Below, piece by piece: positions 16,057 to 30,602 of a stretch of 64,000 bases of DNA. The position numbers and the translations under genes are program-made. The stretch is from Hyaloraphidium curvatum SAG 235-1. Lineage: Eukaryota > Fungi > Monoblepharomycota. The notes below the pieces were generated by a model that made no database searches, was not told the DNA's origin, and saw nothing but the letters and a program-made list of their open reading frames with translations. Position 1 is the first letter of the stretch, and each line of letters begins with the position of its first letter. The stretch lies in assembly GCA_025558095.1 (NCBI GenBank), contig JAIVFI010000008.1, positions 558,001 through 622,000 of the forward strand, read 5' to 3'.

Positions 16057-18050
16057 ATGTCCGGCGAGGAGGTCGACGGCGATGCGCTTCTTGCCGTCAG
16101 CGAGATCACCGGGGTCGAATTGGGAATCGCCCGCTCGTACCTGCAGGTCGCCGACGGGTCGGTCGAGACGGCCATCCAGCTGATCCTGGTGGGCACTCCG
16201 CGCACGCGTCCCGCGCCCCGCCAACGCACCGCAGGACAATGGCGGCGCGCCGCTCGACGGCGGGGGCGGCGGCGCAAACAGGCCCACCTCCCCCGAGGTC
16301 GTGGACGACGACGACGACGTGGTGCCCGTCGCCGCCTCCAGGCCGCCGCGGCCTAGGCAGGACGAGGTGCGCGCTCCGATGCAGCGCCGCGTGAGGGACA
16401 CGCTGGTCGGCGGCGACGCGTACTCGAACAGCTACGGCTCGGACTACGGCAGCTTCATGCCCGGTGCGTACCCCCGTGAAGGGGCGTCCCTCCGCGTCCG
16501 GCACGTGTCTGATGCGCTTGATCTGGTTCGGCAGGCCCGGCGGCGCGCATGAACGCGGGCTCCTCGGCGGGGTACGGGCAGTCTCCGGGGGGGGCCATCC
16601 ACGAGGCGTTCCGCGATCTGGAGGCCGAGTCCAGGCCGAGTGAGATCCCGCCGGCGAATTCAATTCGGGGAAGCCGCTGACCGCCGGCGCGAAGCTGCCT
16701 CGTCGTCGTCGGACCGCGCCAACAGGCTCGCGGAGATGTACAAGCCGCCCACGGACATCATGTTCCCCGGCGACTTTGAACAGGTCTGTCCCATGGATGG
16801 CGGCGTCGCCTACCTCTTCTTGACGCGTGCTTGTGCCGACAGGCCAGGATTGCGGCTCGCGAGCGCAAAAAGTGGATCCTCGTCAACCCGCAGGGTGAGC
16901 TTGCGTGGCCTGTCAACGCCTCCAGCAATCTGAGCGCCCCGCAGCGGCCGACGAGTTTGCGTGCCAGCTGTTGAACCGCGATCTGTGGAAGGACCAAGGT
17001 GCTGCTTGCTTCTGCATTCCCTCGGAGGAGGAAACCGACACCCCACCCCCCTCCATAGACGTCAAGGACTTTGTCCGCGAGAACTTCATCTTCCTCCAGT
17101 TCGGCTCCCAGACGCCCGAGGGCACCAAGTACGCCAGCTTCTACCCCTTCGACTCGTTCCCCCACATCGCCATCGTCGACCCCAGGACAGGTGCGATTGT
17201 CGACCGACGGAGCCCCGACCCGGCTGATTGTTTCCAGCCGAGAGAATGAAGGTCTGGACCACGCTCATGTCCCCATCGGAGTTCATGTACGAAGGTGCTG
17301 TCGCGACTGGGGACAGGCTTCTTCGGAGGATCTCACCTGTGCCCACAGCCATGGAGTTCCTGGAGGGCAACTCGCTGGACGAGAACCCCAAGAACGCAAA
17401 CGCTAATGCCAACGCCGGGCGCAAGCGCAAGGCCAAGGTCGGCCCTCCGTCGTCCCCCCGGTGGCCCCGCCCTCACGCGTCCCCGCCGCAGAGCGTGGCC
17501 GAGATGACCGAGGAGGAGCAGATCCTGGCCGCGATGGAAGCCTCCATGGCCGGTGCCGCGCCGTCGCGGACCGAGAGCCGGCCGGCGGTGGTGACCCTGG
17601 ACGCGGAGGAGCCGATTGCGCTGGACGACGACGAGGAGCCGCCGCCGGACGCGGGGGCAAGCCCGTTCGCGTCGATCAAGGCGGTGAAGAGGGCCGAGGT
17701 GCCGGCGACGGGCGATGCCACGCGCGTGCAGATACGGATGCCTGGTGAGTCCCGCCAAAGGGACGGCACTTGCAGTTTGCTGACGGCGACCCGGACAGAT
17801 GGCAGCAAGTTCGTCCGCCGCTTCCTCAAGACCGACCCGGTCCGGCACATCTTCGAGTTCGTCAAGTCCGAGGTGCCCGATGCTTCCGATCGCGTGTTTG
17901 AGGTAGCTTGGCCGCCGTGCCGTCCGCAACCGCGCTCACCGCCCCCGTCAGCTCATCTTCGAGAGGAAGTCGCTGATCGACCGGCTCGACAGCAACATCG
18001 CTGATGCAGGCCTGCTGAATGCGGCTCTGAATGTTAGCTGGGACGAATAG
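16057..18050 (+). CDS. UBX5: UBX-domain Cdc48 adaptor (UBXN7/Ubx5 type: UBA-UAS-UIM-UBX)
   Basis: UBA-like N-terminus; RLAEMYKPP and FACQLLNRDLW (UAS); MTEEEQILAAMEASM (UIM); TRVQIRMPDG..VRRF (UBX). Confidence 0.88.
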
Positions 18051-18211
18051 AGCCGACGCCGCGACTACGTGGAGACGAAGAACCGCCCGCGTTGATCAGG
18101 GCGTATTTGATCTGCCGGCTGTGGCCACGAATCGCGATCTCCCCAAATTGCCGTCGAACCACACGCAGCGGGACGCCTGTTGTCCCCTGATTCCATCGTC
18201 GTTGACCAGCC

Positions 18212-19524
18212 ATGACCATGGAGAGCGCGGTCACGGGGATCAAACGGGCTCCAACGGTCTACCAGAAGCGGAAGCGGCCGGCGGCGGGCCCGGCGCCCGA
18301 GCCCGCGCCGTCCCTTCCCTCGCCGAGCCCGGCATTTTCGGACACGACGCTGGCCTCGGAGAACGTCGCGCCGTTGGCGGACCGGGACCTGGAGGGGGAC
18401 GGCGGCCAGTCGGAGGACCGGGACCGGCGACGGGCCAAGGCGCCCCGCAAGTCCGCCGACGACAGGGCCCGCCCGGAGGCCAAGAAGGCGCCCCAGTACC
18501 AGCAGCTCTGCCTGGACTTTGGCCAGAAGCACATCGGCCCGCGGCAGTGCGCCGTGTGCGGGATGTCGTACAATGTGGGGCAGGCGGACGACGAGGGGGT
18601 GCACAAGAAGTTCCACCGGGCCGTCGTGGCGGGGATCGACTTTCCGGTGGGCATCGGCGCCGCTGCCGTCTACGAGCATCGATTGATGGGCGAATGGCGT
18701 GGGCGACACAGGTGCTGCCGGGCGAGCAGGTCGTGAGGAGCTTCGAGGCAGCCGTCGGCGGTGCCCGCGGGACCTTCAAGATACTGCTCATCACCGGAGA
18801 ATCGAGCAAGCGCGAGCAAAAACTGGTGCGCGTGCTTCCAACGCGATGACCGTGGAGTACTCAGCACTTCTTGCGTCCGCACAAACAGGCCAGCGAGGTC
18901 GTCGAGATCGCCAACCAGGAGCTGGGCGCGGTGTCGCTGTCTGATCAGCTGCCGTCCTTGAAGGTTCGACGGGCAAAGACGTGCTATGTCCGTTGCTTAA
19001 CTCCCTCTTCCCTTACCAGACCTTTGTTTGCGTCTCGGCCGACCGGAAGGCGGCAGGATGCGTCGTTGCCGAGCCGATCGCGGAAGGGTTCGAGCTGCTT
19101 CCGAGCTCGACAGGCTCTCTAGATGGTGGAGAAGGAGACGGGGCGTGTCGAATGGGATCTGGGGACACATCGCTGCTCTATAGGTAAGGAGGCGACAGTG
19201 CGAGTACGAATTCGTCACACACCTTGCTCATAGGCCAGAGCCGAGACCGGCAGTGTGTGGAATCTCTCGTATCTGGGTTTCCAAAGGGCACCGACGGTAC
19301 GGGTTTGGGCTGCAACTTCTAGAGGCCGTACGGTGAGCAGGGATCTCCTCGCTCCTGCCGCTTATTCGTGTGCTGAAATGGGCTGATGTCCCAGGTCGCG
19401 GTTCATCTTTGGCTGCTCTCTGTCGCCCGCGCAGATAGCATTCTCGCAGCCGACAACGGCGGGCAGGCGATTGGCGGAGAGGTTCTGCGGGCGCGCCAAC
19501 TTTCTCGTGTACGTCGAGCAATGA
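18212..19524 (+). CDS. ECO1: Cohesin acetyltransferase Eco1/ESCO
   Basis: PIP-like QQLCLDFG; C2H2 finger CAVCGMSY..DEGVHKKFH; CGISRIWV, IAFSQPT. Confidence 0.92.
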
Positions 19525-19833
19525 GAAGTGCAGTGCCTGCCAGAGCACGAGGCATTTCCCGTTGTTTCTCCATTTGCACATGCACGTACTGGTCCGACCA
19601 TGATGTGTGTGTTTGGACCTAACGGAGTTCTGCCGCGTGGTGGGCCGAGCGGTCAATCAAGCCCGACAAACGAAAAACAGAAGCTCAAACATGCGAACAG
19701 CAAACGAATCAATTACAATCGATACAATTGAGTCGGGAGAAGAGTCCCAAGGTCCAGACCGTGAGCGGAGCGGCCAAGAGGGGCTCCCACCCCGGGTATC
19801 CGACACAGACGAATCACCGAGGCTTCCACAAAG

Positions 19834-22219
<2,386 letters not shown>

Positions 22220-22257
22220 AGGACCTGTAGAGCCCAGACATAGACACAAGATCCTCG

Positions 22258-24159
22258 CTATCGCTCGCCTCCCTCCGGTGCCATCGACTCGCGTCGCGCC
22301 CGGTTCAACGTCGCCGCGTTGTGCAGCACCAGGGCGCCAACGCTCCCCGCGAAACCCTCGTGCTTGAAGAAGTGCGCCTTCATCTTGCCGCCGCTCCAGA
22401 ACTTGATGGCACGGTCGAGCGCCCGCCGCGAGGTTTCGTTCGAGCGAAGGAAGCTGCCGCTGAAGAAGATCCTCGAGATCCCGAATCTGGCGCCACGGGT
22501 CAGACTGCCGTGATCGGCACCTCCGGGTACTGCCTACCTCAAAGCGTTCAGGTATGCCAACTGGCCCAGGTTGTTGGTCACCATGAACAAAACGGCGTTG
22601 CACACGTCCGCCTCCGATGCCCTGGCCAGGGGCGGCTCGTCCGAAATCGCCTGGCAGAAGCGTCAACCGACGCCACCAGATCCCGAGACACCCCAACCGA
22701 CCTTCCCAAAGAAAGCGGCCGTCATGTTCGGCGGGAGCGATTTGTAGGGCACTCCCCCGTAAATGTCGCCCACGGTCTGCGAATTCCAGCCGTCAGCTCG
22801 TCCGTCCAACTTGACACACGACACTGCCGCACCATGTTGATGTTCTCGGCCGAGCCCTCCCGCGCCATCTCCAACGACTGTTCGTAGTCCCGAATGCTCG
22901 TCAGTGCCCGCACGAGACCCCAGTACGTCGCCCCTCCCAACGCTGCCGGGATCCAATCGCGTAAGCGTCCGCTTTCAAGAAGCGGACCGCCAACAGCCCA
23001 CCGCTGCCCGCTATCCGTTCCTGAGAATGCTCGTCCACGACCACGAAGCTCACGCCGCTGCCCACGTTGGCGAGGAGGTAGGGGTGTATGCTCTCGCCCT
23101 CGGCCGGCTGGTACACCTCCGGCGCCGCGAGCGGTGCCGAGCCGGCAAAGGGCCGCGGGTCCGAGGTGTCCTCGCCGTCGGGGTAGACAAAAACCTCGTC
23201 GGGGACGTTTCGGAGGAGGAAGTTGATGCCCGTCACGAGACATTCCCTGGGTGGCGGAGGCGGTGTCAAGGCCCGCGCGGCACCTCTGGACGGCCGGCCT
23301 CACATCTCGTCGTACTTGACGACGTGCGTCCCGAACTTCTCCTGGAACTCCTCGCCGTACTTGTACGCGCCACCACCTGTGCAGCCAATCTCTTGCACGC
23401 CGCCGAGCACGCCGGGGTTCGCCAATAGCAGTTGGCTGGGACAGGGGTGTCAGGGAGCCGGCGGCATGTGCTGGGCTGCACCCACAAGGCGCCGGCGATT
23501 CTCCGCGTCTCAAACATTATGAAATGCATCCTCGACCGGTCGGGGAATTTGATGCTCAGCCGGGTATCGCGCACGCCCGTTCCGCCTGGGCCACGTCACC
23601 GGTGGGTCAAACCCGCAACCTCCCTCCGGCCCGCCGTCCGCACCGTAGGTTTCCGAGTTGAGAAGAAATTGGCGTGCCTGCATCATCGACGACAGCAGGC
23701 TTTTCCGCGACGTCTCGTCGATGTCTGCCGGCTCGTGGAAGACCACCTTTGCCGGACGGGGCCCGAGACATCAGGAGGGACAAGCAGGAGCGATGCGTGC
23801 CCGGACCCACTTTTGCCAGGCTGCCCCCAATGTCCGCTCTGAGGAAACGCGATGCCGGGGGGGATTGAGGTGCGGAATCGGGCCGGCCGGGACGCGATCG
23901 GGTCCGGGCAAGTCAGCGCTCCTGCAGCGACCGGCGCCTCGACGGCGCGGCTTGAATCCCACCCGAAGAATGAGCGCGACGACAGCAGGCGGTACGAGTG
24001 CGGGTCGTTTGCCAGCGGGGCGCGAAACGCGGCCGCAACCTCCTCGCTGGATTTCGACGGCAGCGCGGGGCCGGGGGCCGCGGACGCCTCGCCGGCCGCC
24101 GCGGTCGCCGATGGCGCGTCGGGCGATGCCGCGGCGGGGGTTTCCCCGCGGTCGGCCAT
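22258..24159 (-). CDS. CAB1: Type II pantothenate kinase
   Basis: DIGGSLAK, TGGGAYKY, DEMECLVTG, PYLLANVGSGVS, VGDIYGG, HEGFAGSVGA. Confidence 0.9.
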
Positions 24160-24258
24160 GGCGACGCGTGTTTGGGGCAGCGCGGGAGACGCGCGGCCGC
24201 GCGGGCCGGTCCATGATCGTCCCCCTCGCCAACGCGGTCCCTCGCGGGCCCGCCCGCC

Positions 24259-25458
24259 ATGCCGCCCTCCGGCGCCGCGCCGTCGAGATACGCCTCGCTG
24301 CACGAGTCGTCTGTTCTCCGCAGCCCGACCCCCCGCGCCAAGCTCGCACAGAAGCAGCTGCGGGGCTTCGCGTGCTTCGACACCGTCTCCAAAGAGCTGG
24401 TCGACGTGCACGAGGTGCCGGCCGGGAGGATCGACGCCGAACAGCTGCGCTGCGTGGGACTGCTCCATGCTGGAGACGCGGACAACCTCGTCCCGCCCGG
24501 CCGCCGGGTGGCCCCCGCAGCGAGGGACCTGCTGGACAAGGACCCGCAGGTGTACGCCGGCGCATGCTTCGTGCCCGTGCACTTCACGCCGTGCGAAATG
24601 GCCGTCGTATTCGGCGCGGAGCGCGAAGCTTGGGTCAAGGGCAAACGTGCCTGGTTCAGAGTCGTCACGGCAAGGCAGGACTACCGGAAGATCTGGTCAA
24701 AGACCCTGGAGATTCTGGAGATTCACGACGCCATGTGTACGGCATTGATGACCGTGACATCAGTGAAGGACCTGGATTGCCAGAAGGTGTTTTCCAAGGC
24801 CCTCGACGGGGCCAACCGTGCCCGCCCTTCCTCCCCATTCGGCGCCCAGGCCGCGCTCAATCTCCTGAAGCTGTTCCCCGTTTCGCTGGAGAGCCATCTC
24901 GTCAATGTCTACTCCTCGACGGCCATTGCGAGCAGCATGAAGAAAGGCCGATTCACTAGCGCGATGGCCGACATTGTGCGCAACCTCCAGGTGTTGCAGG
25001 TCGCGGCGGAGCCTGCGGGTGCGCCGGCCCAACCTGCGAAGGACTCCGTTGTAGAAGTGGTCGCACCTGTCCCACTGGACCCGCCGGCGGAAGCGATGGA
25101 GATCCAAATCGAACCTCAAATCGAACCGCAACTCGAACCGCCGCCGCCGGAGGCGGCGCCGGCGGAGGCGCCGAGGACACGGTGGCAGCCGGTCTCTCGG
25201 GACACGGATGCGCCCCTGATCCGACAGGAAAGGGGGGTTTACACCTGGACGTGCCGTTTCTGCGGGGCGACCCCGCCACCGCTGGCCGCCCTCCAGGCGA
25301 CTCTTTCGCCGGAGGCCTCGCAGAAAATGCTGTACGAGCACATAACGGCACACCTCACTGCCATGCTGGATGCCAAGGAACGGCTGGTACTTACACAAGC
25401 CGCGGGACCGGAACCGGCCGAGCAGGCGGAGGCTGGCCCCGAGTCAGAGCCGGGGTGA
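24259..25458 (+). CDS. Intronless protein with putative DNMT1-RFTS (RFD) domain and C-terminal C2H2-like finger (Raf2-like)
   Basis: Clean 399-aa ORF with GC3 bias; LRGFACFD..LVDV..LRCVG..AWVKGKRAWFRV....DYRKIW resembles the RFD pattern; WTCRFC...YEHITAH. Confidence 0.6.
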   Translation: MPPSGAAPSRYASLHESSVLRSPTPRAKLAQKQLRGFACFDTVSKELVDVHEVPAGRIDAEQLRCVGLLHAGDADNLVPPGRRVAPAARDLLDKDPQVYAGACFVPVHFTPCEMAVVFGAEREAWVKGKRAWFRVVTARQDYRKIWSKTLEILEIHDAMCTALMTVTSVKDLDCQKVFSKALDGANRARPSSPFGAQAALNLLKLFPVSLESHLVNVYSSTAIASSMKKGRFTSAMADIVRNLQVLQVAAEPAGAPAQPAKDSVVEVVAPVPLDPPAEAMEIQIEPQIEPQLEPPPPEAAPAEAPRTRWQPVSRDTDAPLIRQERGVYTWTCRFCGATPPPLAALQATLSPEASQKMLYEHITAHLTAMLDAKERLVLTQAAGPEPAEQAEAGPESEPG

Positions 25459-25523
25459 CCATTGCCACCGAGCACTTTGATTGACCACCACACGCCCATG
25501 CCGATCAGCATCGCCTCTTTCTT

Positions 25524-27424
25524 CTACCGCCGCTTCTTTCTGTTGCCCGTCGACCGCTTCACCTCGTTTGGATTGCTCCTCCCGTATCCGATCCGCGGCC
25601 CGCTGAGATCCACCCCCCGCGGCGCCCCGCTCGTGGATCCCCCGGCGCCCTGCAGGAACGACGGGACGAATTCGGGCGAGAACGGGTCGGCGCCCGAGCT
25701 CGCGGCCTTCTTGAGCATGCGGCGGTGCTCGCGCAGGGCCCGCTGGTAGTTTGGATCGTCCTCGGCCAGGATCAGGTCCTGCGCCGCCTTCTTGCCTCCC
25801 TTGGGAGTCGGTATGGAGTACTGGATTATTGATGATCGTTAATGCCCCGTCTGCCGTGTAGTTTGCAATGCGATACCCGCCTTGGTTCCCCGGTTGTTGT
25901 ACTGGAAGTTCTTCTTGAGGAAGATCTTCATGCTCCCGTCGTCCCCGATCTGGCAGCTCGCCCGCATGAGCGTGTTGTTGCCGCACGAGGGGCAGAACTT
26001 CTTCTCCATGTCCGAGGTGATCTTGAAGCAGGCGTGGCAGCGAAGCACCCAGGTCTTGACGCGGCGGATCAGCATGCCGTCGACCGAGAGGAGGCGGAGG
26101 TTCATCTGCATCACGACGTTCTGCATCGCAAAGTCCGAGGTTATCAGGGCGACCTTGACATCCTCGGGCTCGCGCTGCGAGGCCCCGGCGAGCACGCCCA
26201 TGTCCTTGGCCTTGTGCCGCGCGACGTTCTTGGGTGTGATCCAGCCCCCGCCGTCGTCGTCGTCTTCTTCTCCGCTGCCTTTGCTGCTTTCGCTGTCCGA
26301 TTCACCGGAGTCTTCCTCCGCCGCCGCGTCCGCCGATCCTCCGTTTGCGCTTGCTTCGGCACCAGCCAGCTCCCCATCTTCCTCCCGCTCTTCCTCCTCC
26401 GAGTCTTCGCCGGATTCGTTCGAACCCTCCTCCGCCGAAGCGTCCGCCGATCCCACCGCCTCGCCCGCCTGCTCACCTTCCGTACCCTGCGCTTCGCCCG
26501 CATCCTCCTGAGCAGCCTCGCCCGCGACCACCGCCTCCGCCCCATCCGCCGCGGCCTGCCCCATCTGCACGGGACGAGGCCGCATCCCCGCGCCCAGGGT
26601 GACCTCCATCCAGAGCTCCGCGAGGTCCCCAGCGCTGGTGGCATCGATGATGTCGGCGGGGACGCCGGCCATGAGCGCCTGCGCGCGGCCGAGCGCCGCG
26701 GGCGAGACGCGAGGTGCGGGGTTCTCGGCGGGTCCGGCAGCCGCCGTGCCGACCGCGGCGAGCTGGTCCGTGCCCGTTGCCGCGATTGTCGGGGCAGGGA
26801 CGCCGATGAGAGCGGCAGCTGCGGCTCCGTCAGCTGCCCCTTGATCTTCGCTGCCCGCGGCGGTTTCGTCCTCCGTCGTGCTGGGAGCCGCCCCGTGGTC
26901 CTCCTGGTCCGCAGCAGCCGCCGGCCTTGGCCTCGCCGGACCCGACGGCCGCGACACGACCTGCCCGCCCACGTGCACCGTGACGGCACCGTTGGCCCGC
27001 GGCGGCTCCATCCTGAGGTGCGCCGTCCCGCCGTGCGCCTCCCTGTCCAGCATGTAGGTCAGGGCGAGCACCTTGAGATCGGTCAGGGAGAGGGAGGGGA
27101 AGTCGCCGGTCTTGCGGGCAAAGGACATGACTGGGGGAGGTGAGGGGACGGGGAGGTGAGAAAAGGTACGGCGCCCCGGCCGGTGGGCCCACCTGTCTTC
27201 ATGGCCTCCTCCGAGGGCGCGCGGACCTTGAGCTCGAACGGCGTTGCGAACTCGAGGTTGCGGCGGGCCCAGCTGTCGCGCACCTCCGCGAGCACCTCGG
27301 CCACGGTGACGTAGGTTCCGACGTCGAGCGATGCCAGGCCGGCGCCGGTCAGCAGCGGCGCGGTGTCGACGACGAGCGTGCCGACGCGGTCGCCCGCCCG
27401 CAGCGCCGCGGCCTTCGGTGGCAT
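25524..27424 (-). CDS. NOB1: 20S pre-rRNA endonuclease Nob1
   Basis: PIN domain VVDT, VLAEVRD, TGDFPSLSLTDLKVLALTY; GWITP, TSDFAMQNV; zinc ribbon RCHACF..FCPSCG. Confidence 0.95.
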
Positions 27425-27502
27425 TTCGAGCTCGCTTCCCGCCGAGGAGTGTTTGGTTGTGAGGCCGCCCTTCTCCCCTCCCTTCACCACCCGGACAGAT
27501 CG

Positions 27503-28761
27503 ATGCCCCGCTCCCGCCGCGGCCGAGCGCTGCTGGGCCCGCAGTTCGCGGTCGCCCCGCGCCAACCGCCGCCCGCCGGCCCGAGCCCGTCCTTCTCGGG
27601 CCGCATCGACAATGTGCGGTCGCTCGCCGCGGTGCTGCGCTGCATCGCCTTCCGCCCAAAATGCATCGTCACCGCGTCGCGGAGCGGCCTGCTCTTCACG
27701 GTCGACGATTCGCGCTGCGCAAAGGCATGCGCCTACTTCCAGGACGCGCTGTTCCGCGACTACGCGTTCTCGGAGGGCGCTCCGCAGGAGCCCGGGACGC
27801 CCGCCCCCGACGGCGCGGAGGCCGCAGAGCCGCCGCCGCAGCCCGAGCTGCGCTTCGAGATCAACCTGCCCAACCTCATGGAGTGCCTGAACATGTACGG
27901 GACGGCGCTGGCGCCCCTGGGCCCCGCGGACGGGGGTGGCTCGGGCCGGCACGACCGCGGCGGCGCGCCGCACCAGGCCAAGGTGATCGGGGTGCGGATC
28001 TCGTTCGACCCGGAAACCAAGAAGCTCGTGTTGACGTGGGATGGCTCCGGTCGGCGCGCTGGGACCCGGAGCTGACGCCGCCGCCGCGACACCCCCAGCC
28101 TGGCGGACCAGAATGTCAACACGACCTGCCGCCTCGCCACCTTCGACCCCGACCTCAACTTCGCCAACGGCGAGGACGCCGAGCCCGCCGTGGAGCTGGA
28201 CGAGCTGTTCAACGCGGAGCCGCAGGAGCTGCTGCACAAGATCATCATGCAGTCCGAGTACCTGCAAGACGCCGTCAAGGAGCTCGACCCGACGGCGGAA
28301 AAGGTCACCTTCACGGTGCAGCCGCAGGGACCGCAGTTCAGGATATCCGCCGTCGGGGTCACCGGGAGCACCGAGGTGGGCCGAACCGTGGGGGATGAAT
28401 GCCGTCGCGCCGACCGGTTTGCCGCAGATCGACTACTCGAAGGACTCGGACGTCATGGAAAAGTTCCACGCCAGCGGCTCCTCCTGCTTCAGGTAAGCCG
28501 CCCGTCCCTCCGCCATGCCGTCGCCTGACACCGCCGCCCAGCTACCCGATCAACCAGATCCTCCCCGCCCTCAAGGCCCTCTCGCAGTCGGTCCGCACCA
28601 ACATCCGCACCAACAAGGAGGGCTTCCTGTCGATGCAGCATTTGATCCAGATATCCGAGACGCAGCACAGCTTCGTGGAGTTCTTCGTCTCGCCGCTGGA
28701 GGACGACGAGGACGAGGAGCAGGATCAGGGGGCGTTCGGGGCCGGCGGCATGGCGGGGTGA
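27503..28761 (+). CDS. RAD1: 9-1-1 checkpoint clamp subunit Rad1/Rec1 (S. cerevisiae Rad17)
   Basis: LRCIAF, GLLFTVDDSRCAKACAYFQDALF, INLPNLMECLNMYG, IRTNKEGFLSMQH, FVEFF. Confidence 0.9.
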
Positions 28762-28959
28762 TCCGGCGGTCCAGGGATAAGGCGGGGACCGATCCGGGGC
28801 TTTTCCACGGCAAGACGAGCCCGGTCTACTCTGTCTCTACGTACAAGGTGGCGCGTTCGTCAGATCTACGGCATGTACAATGCCTCTTCGTCAGACCCAA
28901 TGGCAGGAATGCAGAAGTTTGCAGCGGAGGGACCGCGAGGACGCTACATCGCGCCCCCC

Positions 28960-30345
28960 TCAGCGGTCCCTGTCGATGATGCGCACGGTCTGGATCCGGC
29001 GCGAGGGCGGCGACCCTTTCGGCCTCGCGGCCCAGGTCGCCCAGTCCGTGCCCGCGAAGCGGCGCAGCACCCCCTCCCGCGCATCGCTCGACGCGCTCCA
29101 GCTCCCCTTGCCGCACAGGTCGGCGACGGCGAGCGCAAAGGGGTGCACGAGGGCGTCAGCGGCCGTGATGCGGTCCGCGGGGTCCGTGTGCAGCATGCGG
29201 AACAGCAGGTCCGCGGCGTCGTACACGACGTCCGGGAGGGGTTCTTCCCGGTTGTCGAGGAGGAGCTTCAGCTTGGCCTGGATCTGCGTGGTGGTGTTGT
29301 GACGCAGCAGGCGCGAGCCGAGGAGGTTCAGGTCGCAGTTGGAGACGTACGGCTCGAGCCACCACCCGACGACGATGCCCGCGGAATACATATCGGGCCG
29401 CGTGTCGGTCGAAGAGTAGCCGTTCAGGTAGAGCTCCGGTGCGACGTAGCCGGGCGTGCCGCGGCCGTAGGGATGCGGCTCGGTGCCCTCGGGGCACTGG
29501 CGGGCGAGGCCAAAGTCGATGAGCACGAGGTTGCCCTCGTCGTCCACCATGAGGTTGGCGGGGCAGATGTCCAGGTGCGCGATGCGCAGGTCCGAGAGGG
29601 AGTTTAGGGTGGTGAGGAGCTCGAAGGTGCGCCGGGCGACGTCGACGAGGTCGCAGCTGCGCATCGACAGCTTGTGCAGCCGCGGAAAGACGAGCACCAT
29701 GCGGTTCTCGTCGTCCTCGTCGGCGAAGCTGTCGATCAGCCGGACGACGCCGGACACGTGCGTGGCCCGCAGGATGTTGAGGATGTCGATCTCGTTCTCG
29801 GACATCTTGGCGTCCGAGACCTTTTTCAACACCACGTGCCGGTTCTCGACGACGTCCCAGGCGAACTCGATGGTCGAGAGCTCGGTCTGCGGGCGGATTG
29901 GGGGGAGGCCGACACGTCAGTGGGGGTCCAGCGGTGGCAAGGTGCGGCCGCCCACCGCAAACCGGCCGCCGTCGGACGGGCCCTCGCTGTGGTATCTGTC
30001 GCGGCCGCGCGGCTGCATGGGGTGGTGCGCCTGCGCGGTCGACAGCGGCTTGGAGGCCGCGCTGGCGGCCGAGGCGGCGCTGCCCCTCCGCGGCGAGGCG
30101 ACCGGCAGCGAGTTCGGCGGCAGCGTGTCGCCCGGGGACGAGGCGGCGGCGGGGTCGACCGCGGTGTCCGCGGCCGATGCGGCGCACGAGACCGGCGACG
30201 CCATGGCGGCGCCGAGGCCGCCGCCGACGAGCTCGACGCCGCTGTCGATGCGGTAGAGGTCCAGCGACGTCACGGATTCGCCAGACACTCGGCGGAGTGG
30301 CATAGCAAGCGGAGGACGCAACAGCGTGGGGCCGCCGTCCGCCAT
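28960..30345 (-). CDS. Ser/Thr protein kinase, divergent (one intron ~29890-29955)
   Basis: VVLKK, HLDICPANL, IDFGLA, GTPGYVAPE, DMYSAG, RITAADALVHPF. Confidence 0.85.
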
Positions 30346-30602
30346 TGCATCGGGGGTGCTCCTTCGATGATAAGCACTGATTGTCGGTGGTCGTCGGTGC
30401 GGCCTCCGCCGGCTCTTCCCCACCAGCCTCCAGCCCCTAGACCAAAATCCCGAGGCCCGTGAAACGGTTCTCGGGTCCCATCCTGTCCGAGAAGCTTGCG
30501 TTGTGCCATCCTGCAGTGCTCAGGACGTCATCGCACGTGCCTGGGGTCGGATCAGGGGCCTTGGAAGCGCGGGCCCCGCCGCCCCGGCAAGCCAAATGAC
30601 CC

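Noticed and set aside
25842-27143. Long antisense and alternative-frame ORFs over NOB1, synaptojanin, the kinase and others
   Set aside because: Expected in high-GC coding DNA; Arg/Pro/Gly-rich translations with no motifs
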